Source of the DNA: Thalia democratica | Taxonomy: Eukaryota | Reading direction: 5' to 3' | Length of the DNA stretch: 64,000 bases | Assembly (NCBI GenBank): GCA_965202585.1 | Contig: OZ241826.1 | Coordinates: 103,788,001 to 103,852,000 of the forward strand | In this document: one piece after another, positions 47,291-60,900 of the stretch | Numbering within the stretch: position 1 is the first letter of the stretch | Layout of the letters: every line of letters begins with the position of its first letter | Made by a program: the position numbers and the translations under genes | Notes under the pieces: generated by a model | The model's database searches: none | What the model saw: only the letters and a program-made list of their open reading frames with translations | Told to the model about the DNA's origin: nothing

Positions 47291-50200
47291 TATTATACCA
47301 ACAGGTTAAATTAAAAGCTTATTTAAAAAAATAAGCTAAAAACGATAGGCTATGCGTTACAAATAAGTTTTTCTTTACAAAGTCACTATTTCAAAACTGA
47401 ACCTAAAATAAAGTTTTAATGCGTTGCGTAAAAAAATTAATTTTTATAAAAAATATATATAAATTAATTTTTCGACCCCATTATCAATGCTAACTTTTTG
47501 TTTTTCTATAATCAAAGTTTTTAAGAAAATATAGCATTTTTATTTTATTTTAAGATGGTTACACGAGTTTTCTCTAAGTTTGTTTTTTATAAGTTGGCTA
47601 TTCCCGTTAAGTTAATATTTAAAAAACTTTTTTTTATTTACTTGATGTGTTTTCATAGTTTAAATTTTTATTCTTATAAAAAATTCTTTTACTAGCAAAT
47701 TGTTAAAAAAGAAAACAATCTTTTTTTGTTTATAGATTATAATATGTAATGAAATTAACCAAAAAATAAAACATTAAATAAAACTTTAATCAATAAATAA
47801 AACAAAAGCCTACAGTAAATTCCTAAAGATTAACAATTTAAACTCTTTTGACTGAATATAAAAAAAAAATTGTAAAAGTTCTGTAAACTAATTGACACAT
47901 AAAAGTAGGAATAGTAAAAATTTATAAGCATCATATATAACACATATATAAATAAATTAAAAAAAATCGAAAACAAGAAACAGTAAAATTTTTATGAAAT
48001 ATGCTTTAAGAAAATATATTTGCTAAGTAGGCTTACTGTTAAGGTCTCGCAAAAACTTTTTGATACTGATAAATTGCTTTTAAAATAACTTTAACTTTAC
48101 TAAAAGCTTGTAAAAAATTTTTGTAATTCTTACCAAAGTATGCTTTCTTTTTTAAATAATTTGTTTTATATTTAAATAAATAAAGTTTAGATATATTTTT
48201 ATATTTAATTTAGTTTTAGAAATTAAAAAAAATTATATTTATGTATATAAAAAAAAATTACTAATTGCTTATAGATTTGTTACCATTAATTAAAATGTTT
48301 AACTGATAAATATATTACATAGCTTCAGTAAAAACAGCTTTTTCATAACTTTTTAAGGATACAAGGGAATTTATACCGTTTCATAACATATTGACTTCAT
48401 TTTTTTTAAATAAGGTATTTTGTAAACATTGTCGATTAAATTTTCTTGAGTTAGCATTTTTGGGTGAGTTACTCAATAGGAAAACTACTAAACTTGTTAG
48501 GTTATACACAAACTGTTTTTAATGATTTTTAATTCCATTTTTGTTGTTTTAAAAAAAATATTTTAGTTTAATTAAAATTTTAAATAAACACAAATTAAAT
48601 TTATATATTGACCACTAAAATATTTTTTTTTAGTTTAAGAAAAAATGCTTATGTTGCATGAATTTTAAAACAATACATCAAATAACAATTTAAAAACCGT
48701 AAAGTAAGTATACAATCATGTAGTTAATATTAATAAAAGAGTCATACAGATAATTAAATTTTAAGTAAAAAATAATGATCGTTCAATGGTTTTATGATTC
48801 AATTTTTATTTTGAACTTAGTCCTTTAAGCTTTTATTTTTTACTTTTGAATTGGTTAAATAAATTTTTTATGAATTACTATTTCAAACAGGTGTTTGAAT
48901 ACTTATATCCTTAAATAGATTTATAAGTTAAGTATTTACTAATGTTAATAGTTTTTATGGTTTTTAGCAATGAACTATTAGGTAAAGTGGTCTTATTTGT
49001 GGATAATTTTTTTTTTAAAAAACAGTATATTTAAATTTGTGTTTAATATAAAATATTCCTCTCTAGATAGTTTGATTTTATAAACATATTAAGTTTTTTA
49101 ATTTTAAATGAAAAACCTCTACAAACTTAACACAAATACTTTTGATTTTTTTGTATTAATATAAATTACAACATTTTGCTATAAGCCAAGAAAATTTAAC
49201 TTAATAATAAAGGTTAAAAAAATTTAATTAAAAAAAACTTTTTATAAACCGTTAAAAATCCTTTATTTTTGTATTGATAAAACAAACAAAGTATTTTTAT
49301 TATTCTTAATTTTGTATAATTTGGCAACTTATTGTAAACAGAGTAGTAATTTAAGAATCTTTTTGCTCTATAACTATCTGAAGTGTTTCTTTAACCGGGT
49401 AGATGCTCGTGTAATTTTTAAGGGTTTTTTGAAAACATAAAATGTTGTTCTTAGTGTAGTATTTTTTTAATACATGCTGATTTTTATTTAGATAAGTTAC
49501 TGATATAGGAAAGCTTTATAACTTTTAAGTTATAGTTTTCATTATAGATTAAGTAAAAGAAAATATAGTTTTAACATCTTTATTACAATAACACTGTCGT
49601 ATCAATTTTCTATTATAAAACATTAAACAAGGTCATTCAGAACAAACAAACAGATGTTAAATTAAATGAGTTGTTTTACAAAAATGCTTTAGATATTGTT
49701 TTTCCACTAATCAAGTGATCAGTAAAAATGTTATTACTTTGTTCTTTCAAATACTTTGTAGATATCATTAAGTTTATCATATTTAATTTCAGTTTTATTA
49801 TATTTGAAATAGTTTGTTTTCGAAGATTAATGTTTCCTTCATTTCTTATACCGTACAATATATCGAACAATATTTTTATTTGTTTGCTAATTTTTTAGTT
49901 TTTAAAAGTACAAATTTGTAGTTAGTACGAGAATTATGTAGCAATTCGATATTTGGACAAGCGAAGTAAAAATATTTGAATCTACATGTCGATATCCAAA
50001 ACTTTAATATCAAAGTATGTTCATAAATTTTTCATACTTTAAGAAACCCTGATATAGGTACATCGCAAAGAAAAATCTATTTTAAAATAAATTTGTAAAT
50101 TAATAAAAATGCTTTTGTTTACCTAGATAGATTACAAAATAAATGAATAAAATACAAAAAAAAAGTAATAGTCTTTTTTCTTAACAAATATCGGGCTGGA

Positions 50201-52729
50201 TCCGGTTTCGGATCTTTTAATTTAAGATCCAGACGGATCCTGGTGGTAAGTGTGATAAGTTTTGTGTCGCTTCAACAGAGAGAAAACTCAAATATTTAGC
50301 TATTATAATACCTAAGATAATATATAATCACATTATTTTCACAAAAATAATTTAAGAAAAACACAATTCTGTTGTTGAAATATTGTATTTCAACATTAGG
50401 AAAAAAACCTTGTAAAAAATCTACTTAATTTGAAGTTTCTATAAAAATGTCAGATTTAGAGTTACTTAAACAAATTTTGTACCTTGTATGATGTAAAAGA
50501 AGATTAAATTAAATGTAACAATAATTTTAAAAACAACAAGATTTTTAAAATTATACTAAGCTTTACATTTTAGTTTTATTTATAAAAATTTAAACTATAA
50601 GATGAACAATATACTATTTAGCAACTGTTTATATTTAATAGTTTAAAAGTAACTAAATATAATATAAAAAAGTAAATAATTTATTAAATAACAGTTACTC
50701 ATATTCAACCCATTAAGCTACACAAAAACCTGTTCTTGTTTTTTCATGTTGTTTTGAAAATATAAAAGTTTTTCGTCAGTTTTTGGAAGCATTCGATTTC
50801 GCTTTTATTAATACAAGTTACCAGCTTCTAAAGATAACTTTTCAGAGTAAACAGGAGATATTGGTGCTAAAATATACCTTCTTTCAAACCTGGCAAAGTG
50901 TTTGTACTGTTACTTTTATATTTTAACCAACACAAGACTTCAGCTACTTTATTTTTTTTCAGTAGATAACTTTTTGAGCAAAAAAAAAATCTTAGCTTCT
51001 GTTTCAATCTCTTTATTAACTGAATCGTGTTGCTCACTTTCGAAAGTGCTTCACTTGTTTCCGAATTAAATGTAGAAAAGAACGACAAAAACATTTAGGA
51101 GCGTCAATTTTAGTTAGTTGAGATTAAGATTTATTAGGCGGTATATTTTAATTCATATTTAATGAAAAGTTATGTATTTCTAATTTTTCTTAATGTCAAG
51201 TCATATTTTGCTTAATAAAAGTCATGTACTTTACTATTTACAGCATATAAAACTCAGAAGTCAAAATAAAAAAAAATATGTTTGAAGATTGTTTATTTTA
51301 GACATAACTAAAAATTAAATTATGAATTAGTTCTTTTGTCTTAAAATTTACTGTTTAAACTTTAATTATTCCGTTTTTTCTTCTTTACTTTAACGAAATA
51401 TCTCTTTAAAGTTTGAAATACAATTTTTTGTTTTACGATTAAACTTACATTCGTTTTCCTAATTTTATCTTAGAAGCTGAAATAAATTTGCTTTGCTTTT
51501 TGTACTACATATATTTATTGATGAACAATTTTTTAGCTTTGCAATTTTTGTAACTAAGTTTGTCTTGCTTTTTTCTATTTATTAAATTTCTTATTTTACT
51601 TTGAAAAACATTTGTACATATTAAAAATTAATATTTCCTTGTTGTATCTAAATTCGCTTTCTAATCTCTATATAGACCTTATTTTACATTGTTTATTTCT
51701 AGGTCTACTCTATTGGAAACATCAGTAATTTTCTCATCATTTTTTCTTCCACTCCATTTAAAGAAATAAAAATGTGAACGCTCACAACTAAGGTCAATGG
51801 GTTGGCGTCGAGAAATACGTTTTCGGTTATCTAGCTGCGCACCATTTGCTTGTAAATAAAATTTTAAGCTAGCTTCAAAAAAAAAAAAACAGAAAAATCT
51901 AAAAGTAAATATATATACATATTTTTTTTTAAGTTTAAAAACGGTGAGCACCTTTTTTCAACCTATTGCTGCCAATACTGAACATGGAGATAATAATTTA
52001 ACATAGAATTCATACCGTCTCCTCCCTAGTTTTAGTGATCATTTATATTACCATTTATGTTGTTGCTCTCTCTACAAAAACAACCAAAGAAAGTGCAATA
52101 AATATCTCAAAATTCAATAAGAGAGAAGTATTGGTAATGCCAGTATAGATAAAATATTTAGCATAGTCATATTACTGTAAGAGCATTATGTATTACTAAA
52201 TAGTATCTATAAAGTTCTAGTATATGTGGTTGTAGGTAGGTAAAATTTAATACTATTAAAAGTTTGTTTGACTGTTTTATACATTTGTGATAAGTTTAAT
52301 TTTAATCAACAAAATATAGCACTAGTAATTGATAAAACTTTTTTAAACTACATAAAAATAAAATTACTTCTAATACTGAACAGCTAAACTTGGAAAATAA
52401 AAATAATAAAAGTTAACAAATATTCTGAAGTAATAAAACAATAATAAAACTATTTTAAGTGGGTTAAATAAATTGTCTGTAAACATAAAGATAAATTTTA
52501 GAACACAAATTAAATAACCAGTATAACTAAAAAAAAAGAAGTTTATACACCGAAATTAAGGTTCTCTATCTTTTAAAAAAAAATACATTCTAAAGATCTC
52601 GTAAAACAAACAACAATAAAAAATTAGACTTCTTGTTTGGTCATACCGTCAAAAAGGATGAAACAACACTATTGAATTTTAAACAAAAGAAAAATAAATA
52701 AATGAATTATGATAATAATACCAACTTAT

Positions 52730-54050
52730 ATCTATCCAGCTCTACTCACACTCAGTTTAAGAGACCAAATGCAATCAGTCTAAAAAAAGTATAATAATCA
52801 ACTCGAAGATATAAGTTTAATTAATGGTACGTAAAGATTAAGCTTAATATTTTTCTGATTGTCTTTTAAGTAAATTATCTCTCAGTTCATTTTAAAATGC
52901 TCCAAGATAGCTTTGATCTTTTAAGTTTCTAGGCAATTCATCCCACAGTTTACAACCAAAGTAGGATAATGACTTAAGACCATAAAGACTTTTTACTCTG
53001 GGAAAATAATAGTTTGTTTCTGAAAATCTTGTTAGATGATTATTTATTTTATTAACATTTGTAAAGTAAGGCTTAAAACTAGTTAATTATATATCTATTT
53101 TGAATATGTTCATAAAATTCCATAATAATATTGGAACATATTATCAGTATCTAATATTTTCTTTTTTTTTATTTTGTTAACATTTTTCTATTTTTAAAGT
53201 GTATAGGTTTTATTGCTTTGTTTATAAGTCTGTTAATCTCATTAATTTTATCTTTATTGGCCTTGCCCCAGCAAAGCAAACCATACCTTACGTAGCTCAT
53301 TAAAAGTGAATTGAAGATATAATACAAAGCAATTTTGTTTAAATAGTTCTCGTTTTATACAGAACAACTATTGATTTTAAAATTAGTTTTTAAACTTTCT
53401 ACATGCCCAGTCCAATTTAGATTACAATATATTGTAATACCTGAATACTTGTAATTATTTACCTTTTTTATAAAAGATTCATATCTTAATATATAAAGTT
53501 AATTTTTTCTAATAAACTCTTTTAATTAAATGAATTAACATGCATTTTGTTTTATCAATATTCAGTTTAAGTATATTATTCTTTAATAATTTTATATATT
53601 TTCAAGTTCTGAATTAAGGTATGCAGTGTCTGTTTTGTAATTGTTCTTTTATTAAATGTGGTATATAATAGTGTATCGTCTGCGAAAATTAAATACTTTT
53701 AGACTGGTGTTGTTTTGTAGATCATTTATATATACGAAAAGCATTAGTCCTAACAAAGAACCCTGTGGAACTCCCACTTCTACACCCTCCCAGTCCTATT
53801 CATGCCCTCCAAAATTAACAAATCTTTTTTATTCAGTTAATTATGATTTATTAACTTATGCAATTTTTCATTTATCTAAATATATTCTAACTTGTCAAAG
53901 AAAATCGTTCTGTCAACACAGTCGAAAGCCTTGTTAAGATCTAATAAAACAGCACAAACTTCATTTTCCTTATCAAAGGAGGACAATGTACTTTCCACAA
54001 ACTCTGACAGAGCTAATGTAAGAGAATGTCCCTTCATAAATCATTAAGAA
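52730..54050 (-). mobile_element. 5'-truncated, decayed CR1/L2-type LINE (RT and C-terminus)
   Basis: The minus strand reads CAVLLDLNKAFDCVD, VGVPQGSLLGLMLFVYINDL, (frameshift) FADDT, and GLKSLSYFGCKLWDELP. Boundaries approximate. Confidence 0.9.
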
Positions 54051-54334
54051 AGATTAAATTAAAGGTATCAAACTTAATTCTTTGTCTTCTAAGCTCTTTG
54101 ATCTGAGCTTCTTGTATTGAACAATAAAGCAATGTTCTTGGTCTTCTGAACTCTTTAATATTTAATGACTTAAGGAAAAACTTTTTAATACTTTGCTTTA
54201 TTTCTCAAAAATCTACATTTGCTTCGTTATATCAGGACTTTTCTCCAATTTTTTTTAAACCAATGTAAATGAAAGTTATAAACGATCCATTAAGACATTT
54301 AGCTTTGAAACTTTATTTACGACCATTGATGAAC

Positions 54335-56975
54335 TTGATAGGTCATGATTACTCGTGGGAGTAGCAAGTTTAATCGGTTAACTTGGTTAGACATACCCAC
54401 TAAAGTGAGTAGCAAGTTTAATCAGTCAACTTAAACTTTGTGGGTCATTTTTACTCGACTGAGTATCAAATTTAATCAGTAAATTTGAACTGGTTGGTCA
54501 TTATTACTCGACTGAGTATCAAGTTTAATCAGTAAACTTGAACTTGGTGGGTCATGATTACTCGAGTGAGTAACAAGATCAATCATTTAACTTGAACATG
54601 TTTAGACATGATTATTCGAGTGAGTAGCAAGTTAAATCGGTTAACTTGAACTCGATTGGTCATGATAATTTGTGTGAGTAGCAAGTTTAATCGGTAAACA
54701 TGAACTGGAGGGTCATGATTATTCGAGTGAGTAGCAAGTTTAATTAGTAAACATTAACTTGGTGGGTCATAAATACTCAGGTGAGTAGCAAGTTTAACCG
54801 ATTAACTTGAACTTAGTGGGTCATGATTATTCGATTGTTTAACAGGTTTAATCAATTAAATTAAACTTGGTGGGTTTTGATAACTTAAGTGAGTAGCAAG
54901 TTTAATAGGTAACTTGAACTTGATGGGTCATATTAACTCCAATGAGTAACAAGTTTAATCGGTTAATTTGAATATGGTGGTTCTTGATTACTTGAGTGTA
55001 TACAAATTTTATAGGTTGTCTTGAACTTGGTAGGTCATACACACTTAAGTGGATAGCAAGTTTAATCAGTTAACTTGAACTTGGAGGATCATGATTACTT
55101 GAGTGAGTAGCAAATTTAATCGGTTAATTTAACTTGATGGGTCATAATTACTCGAGTGAATAGCAAGTTTAACCGAATAACTTGAACTTAGTGGGTCATG
55201 ATTATTCGAGTGTGTAGCAAGTTTAATCAATTAAATTAAACTTGGTGGGTTTTGATAACTTAAGTGAGTAACAAGTTTAATCGGTTAACTTGAATTTGGT
55301 GGTTCTTGATTACTTGAGTGTATTTAAATTTTATAGGTTGTCTTGAACTTGGTAGGTCATGATTATTAGAGTAAATATTAAGTTTTTCCCGTTAACTTGT
55401 ACTTGGTTGGTCATGATTATTTAAGTGAATAGCAAGTTTAATTGGTTAATTTGATCTTGATGGGTCTTGATTACTAGGGTAAAAAGTAAGTTTTACCCGT
55501 TTACTTAAATTTGGTGAGTCATTATTACTCGATTGATTAGTAAGTTTAATAGGTTAAATCTGTACTTCTGAATTTGGGTTCTGCGGAATCCTAGAGTACC
55601 ACAACGCCTCTCAGGGGTTCCGCGAAGCCTTTCGAAATTTAAAAAAGAAATTTGAAAAAAAAAAAATATAAATAATAAAACTTCAAAAAAAATGAAACAT
55701 ATAAAATGGAAAACAAATATAATTATAGCATACATTGATCTTCTTATAATGCAAGGAATGATTTTTATGAAATTGCGATTAATCATGCTTGTTTTTGATT
55801 ATTTATTATAGTATCATAAAATACCTATTGCCTCTCGCGCACTTTGAGTTTAACTCGACTTTATTACAATTAGTATGATTTCTAACAATGATAAAGTTTT
55901 GTTAAAAAATTCGTTTTTTCTAAAATTCTTTTGTTTTTTTTGCAGGATATAGTATATTAAACAATTAAAGTAAAATTAAATTAGAGGCTCCGCGGAATAA
56001 TTGAACTTTGGAAAAGGGTTCTGCCACTAGAAAAAGGTTCAAAAGCGCTGGTTTAAATTGAACTTGGTTGGTCATGATTACTCGAGTGAGTAGCAAGACT
56101 AATCGGTTAACTTAAAATTGGTGGGTCTTGATAACTTGAGTGACTAGCAAGTTTAATCGGTTAACTTGTACTTGATGGGTCATGATTACTCGAGTGAGTA
56201 GCATGCTTGATCGTTAATTTAACTTAGTGGGTCTTGATTACTTGAGTGAGTAACAAGACCAATCAGTTAACTTGAACTTGCTGGGTAATGATTACTTGAC
56301 TGAGTAGCAAGTTTAATCTTTTAAATTTATCTTGCTGCGTCATTATTACTCTATTGAGTAACAAGTTTAATCAGTTAACTTTAACTTGGTGGGTCATGAT
56401 TACTCGACTGAGTAACAAGTTTATTCGGTTAATTTGAATTTGGTCTTTCATGATTACTCATATAAGTAAGAAGTTTAAAGGGTTAAATTGAACTTGGTGG
56501 GTCATGATTACTCGAGTGAGTAACAAGTTTAATCGGTTAACTTGAACTTGGTTGGTCATGATTATTCAAGTAAGTAGCAAGTTTAATCAGTTAACTTGAA
56601 CTTGGTGGTTCATAATTACTAAAGTGAGTAGCAAGTTTTATCGGTTAACTAGAACTTTAAAGGTCATAATTACTCGAGTGAGTAGCAAGTTGTATCAGTT
56701 AACTTGAACTTTTTTGCTCATGATTTCTCGAGTGAATAGCAATTTTAATCGGTTGATTTAAACTTTTATGCTCATGATTTCTCGAGTGAGTAACAAGTTT
56801 AACCGGTTAAGATAAACTTGTTTGTTCTTGATTACTCGAGTTAGTCGCAAGTTTAATCGGTTAACATAAACTTGGTGGGTCATGATTAATCGAGTGAGTA
56901 GCAAGTTTAACCGGTTAACTTGAACTTGTTGGGTCATGATTACTCGATTGAGTAGCAAGTTTATTCGATTAACTT
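54335..56975. repeat. 54-bp satellite (GAACTTGGTGGGTCATGATTACTCGAGTGAGTAGCAAGTTTAATCGGTTAACTT), roughly 40 units in two blocks
   Basis: Continuous head-to-tail diverged units at 54335-55559 and 56051-56975. Unit count estimated from length/54. Confidence 0.95.
55560..56050. mobile_element. hAT-like MITE inserted in the 54-bp satellite
   Basis: Ends CTGTACTTCTGAA... and ...TTCAAAAGCGCTG; internal GGTTC(T/C)GCG motifs; 8-bp flanks GGTTAAAT / GTTTAAAT (7/8 match); satellite phase resumes after the insert. Confidence 0.75.
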
Positions 56976-57959
56976 TGACTTCATATGATACTTACATATT
57001 ATACAAAATATTGTTTTTTGACTAAGTACATGTATTAACTATGTGATTGCTTAAATAAGCATGTTATATATCGAAGCTTGCAGATGCAGAATACACAATT
57101 ATGTGTTAGATTAATTTAATTTTGAACTGAAAGCGCACATTTGTGACTAATTGCATATTATGTTATAGGTGAACCTAGCTGATCTTTTTTAAATCAGTAT
57201 CAGTAGTTTATTACCTATTTACTTAAACTATTTTTTAGTTAATTATCTACTAATAATAACTGCTAATAACTTTTTGCTAATAACTGTTATTATTTGACCA
57301 ATTATTAAAAAAAAAGCCTCATGTTAATTTTTAAAGAGTATTTTTTGTAACTTAAATTATATTAACTTTCAATTCTGAATTTGAATAATAATTCCTATTA
57401 TATTAACATCTAGTAACTTTATATATAAACAATCAATCAATTTGGGAATGATCACAATTTATTAAAATCAATTAATGTACGACAAAACACACAAAAATAA
57501 CTTCAGACAAAAGTGAAAATTCCTAGCTGCACTGCAGAAATGTTCTAAATAAAAATTATAATAAAAGCAGTACAGCAGCACAAAAAATCAAACAAAAAAA
57601 ATTATTTGCCAACAAAACATCAACTAAAATTTGGCTTGGGATCTTACCAAGTTTAAAATGTTCAAGCTTAAAACCGAAGAATTAAAAGAAAGAAGCTTTT
57701 GAAGCATAACGCAACAAATACTAATTTGTCTTGAAAGTTTTCGGAAAAAGTTAAAACACTAGTTATTCAAAGTTATAGTTGGCAGAAAAAATTAAATTGT
57801 TCGCAAAAAGTGCTTCGAGAAAGTTACCTAAATCAACTATTACGTGGAGTCTATATTTAAAAATTTACTATAAAGTTTTATATAAATTCATCAATTTTCT
57901 AAAAGTTTAAAAGCTAAAAGAGTGCTTTAGAATTTTTTTTTTACTAAAAGCCCAGCACT

Positions 57960-60900
57960 TTATGCTTGATTTTCTTGGGCATCATTGACAACTTCTTCGA
58001 CATCATTGGCAACTTCTTGGTCACCATTGGCAACTTCTTCGTCATCATTGGCAACTTCTTGGGCATCATTGGCAACTTCTTGGGCATCATTGGCAACTTC
58101 TTGGTCACCATTGGCAACTTCTTGGGCATCATTGGCAACTTCTTGGTCACCATTGGCAACTTCTTGGGCATCATTGGCAACTCGCTCCGCATTCGCATAC
58201 GCTTCCCTGATGTTCAGGTTTCTCGCTGCATCACTGACATTATCGTTGATACCACGGCGCAGTTGATTATGCCTGTGCCCTACAATTACAAACAAAGTTG
58301 TTTAACTTGTAGTTATAATCAGAAAATAAATACATAAGTATAATCAGTTCCTTTGTATTGTTAGATTAAGAAGTAAATTTTCAAGTGAGGATATGTAATA
58401 TTAAATAATAGTTGGTTGAGTGTGTGTTAACTTTTAATTACATGCTACTGTCATAAGCTTTAAGTCAGTCTTAGAAAAATTACCAATATATTATGATAAG
58501 ATATATATTAACTCTTTTAAATATGAATGTCAACATTTATTTTAACTTTACAACTAATTACAAAAACAAATGTATTTATATTATATACTACATCATTTGA
58601 CCAACTACAATTAACTAGAACTTCTTATAACTTAGTAATATAAAATAATTTTAGTAAACAAACAATCAGCATTCAACAACTGACCGTAAACTGTGTTGTT
58701 GACGAGTTGGTTACCAGTTTGAATGTTGTTCATGATGTATTCATGCTGGACGTTGTTTGTGGTAAGATTGATTCCCTCCACAATCAAACTTCCAACCCTA
58801 TCAATGTGCGGGTAGTATTTTACTCTGGACTTGTCGGACCTCAAAAACTGTATAAAAAATATGTTTGAAAGTTTTTAGACTTATAAAGTAGTGACAGTTA
58901 GTCTTACGTTAAACTAAACTAACTTTTTTTTTCTATAATAATTCGGATCACTCTATAAATAAAATTTTTTTTGAAAATGCAAGGCAAAATTCAATTAAAA
59001 GTTTACACGATCTTTTCGTTAGATTTACTAAATTTAGGTATTATTTTATAGATACTAGAAGTTATGTATAAAAACTATAATTCACTTTTTTTTTAAACTT
59101 TTACAATTGGAAGTTTCTAAAACAATCTCATTTTTTAAAACACTAAGAAGAAAAATTTTCAGAACATATTTAAAATGTATCATCAAAAATTCCATAGAAA
59201 GTACAAAAAAGCAGTGGTAACCATCAGAATTAATTGACTAGTATGAATGGAAGAAAATCACATTTAACAGTTAACTTGTTTCAAAGTAAGTAAAAAGCAC
59301 CATACCTGTTCTAGATCATCACGAGTAATGTGGTTGCTTACCATCGATGGGAATTGAAGGAGTTCGTCAAGCGCGACCCGCCCTTCATTATCCATCTGTT
59401 GGTAAGTTAAAACATTTATTTTTGCGACGTTAATAATTTCATAATAATATTTGAAAGACGTTTGATTTAATTTTATTAGTTTACCTTTAAGATTTTTTAG
59501 CACACACTTTGAAATAAACTATTTATTTCTAATAATTTTTTAAGAATAATCATTTTAATCATTCTAAAACTTAAATTTTTAACTTTTAATTGTTTTTATG
59601 GAAATTTTCATTTTTCAAGTTACATTAAGTAAATGAACTAATAAAAAACTTAAACTTTTAGATATTATGGGTTTCTAAATTCTTATACAAGTTATATTAC
59701 ATAACAAAACACTATTTTAAAAAACTGTTTACAAAATAAATATTACCTTGCTTCGTAGATTCGTGTCTTTTTTGTTATTGAGATTGTAGTTACTGAACCA
59801 GAAACCACTGCAAAATATAAAAATTTGTTATTAAAATTTATAAAACCTTAAATAAATACGTTTGTAGTTCTACTAACATTTCAATTAACCGGCTAAAACT
59901 AATAAAAACTAAAAGGTCTCAAATTTAAGTAAAATCATTTTGAAAAAATTGTCTTAGAATTTACAAAACTCCTAAATTAGTAGATAAAAAGCATTACTAT
60001 GGTTTAGCGATTTCCTACTATTTATTAACATTTAGTACTACTGTGTTCAAAGTTTTTATTTGAATATGAAGTTTGATAATAACAGTAAAAGTTTAATTAT
60101 TAACTTACGTCTTATTGGCTATGAACATTTCCATGTTTGTCCATCTAGCAAAGAAGCCGCTATGAACTACACCATCGGCGGGTTGCACCATACTCGGGTT
60201 TTCCCAAAATTTCTTCGTATCTTTTAATTAATAAATGATTAGAAAAAGACTGTTTACAAAAATTTTAAAAATTTCAACGTTTAATTAAAATACAACTACT
60301 TTTAAAGAGCTTTCGAGTTTACAATGTGTAAATAAATAAAAAAGTTGTTATGAGTTAGTTTTAAAAATGCGAACGTACCGAATTTAACGCTAGTACTTTG
60401 CTGTCCAGCTCCTGATGCTTCCCTTCTGGACTGTGTAGCTTGACCTCTTGCTTGCGGTAAAGCTATTAAAACGCTGGTTGTAATAGTTTTGCTCTGTGGG
60501 ATCCTTTGAGTACCGCTGTTTGGTGGTGGCATCATTTGAATACCGCTGTTTGGTGGTGGCACCATTTGAATACCTCTGTTTGGTGGTGCCATCTGAGGGC
60601 ATCTGCCTCGGGGCACCATTTGAATACCTCCGTTTGTAGGTGCCATCTGAGGGTATCTGCCATGGGGCACCATTTGAATACCTCCGTTTGGTTGTGCCAT
60701 TTGAGGGTATCTGACTTGGGGCACCATTTGATGACTTCTGTTTTGAGGTATGAATGGATGCTGAGTGTTGTAAGGCATAACTTGTGCCTGCTGGTTATAA
60801 TGTGCTGGAGGTAGATTAGGATAGTACTCTCTGTTATACAGATTGTAAAACATATGAGGCATTTGCCCGTACGGTTGCATCATCGGGTTAGTGTTTATTT

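Noticed and set aside
50185-50245. GGATCC-rich small hairpins (also at ~35948-35985)
   Set aside because: Probably fragments of a dispersed repeat; no boundaries or ncRNA motif could be defined.
50700-51951. Minus-strand peptides (RLKQKLR...SKSYLLK...LPGLKEGIF) vaguely like a P-element/THAP-type transposase
   Set aside because: Only scattered residues match, and no catalytic motifs could be read. A tblastn/HMM search would be needed.
54335-56975. CRISPR-like regular spacing
   Set aside because: Units are head-to-tail with no unique spacers, there are no cas genes, and the context is eukaryotic. The same applies to the 159-bp array.
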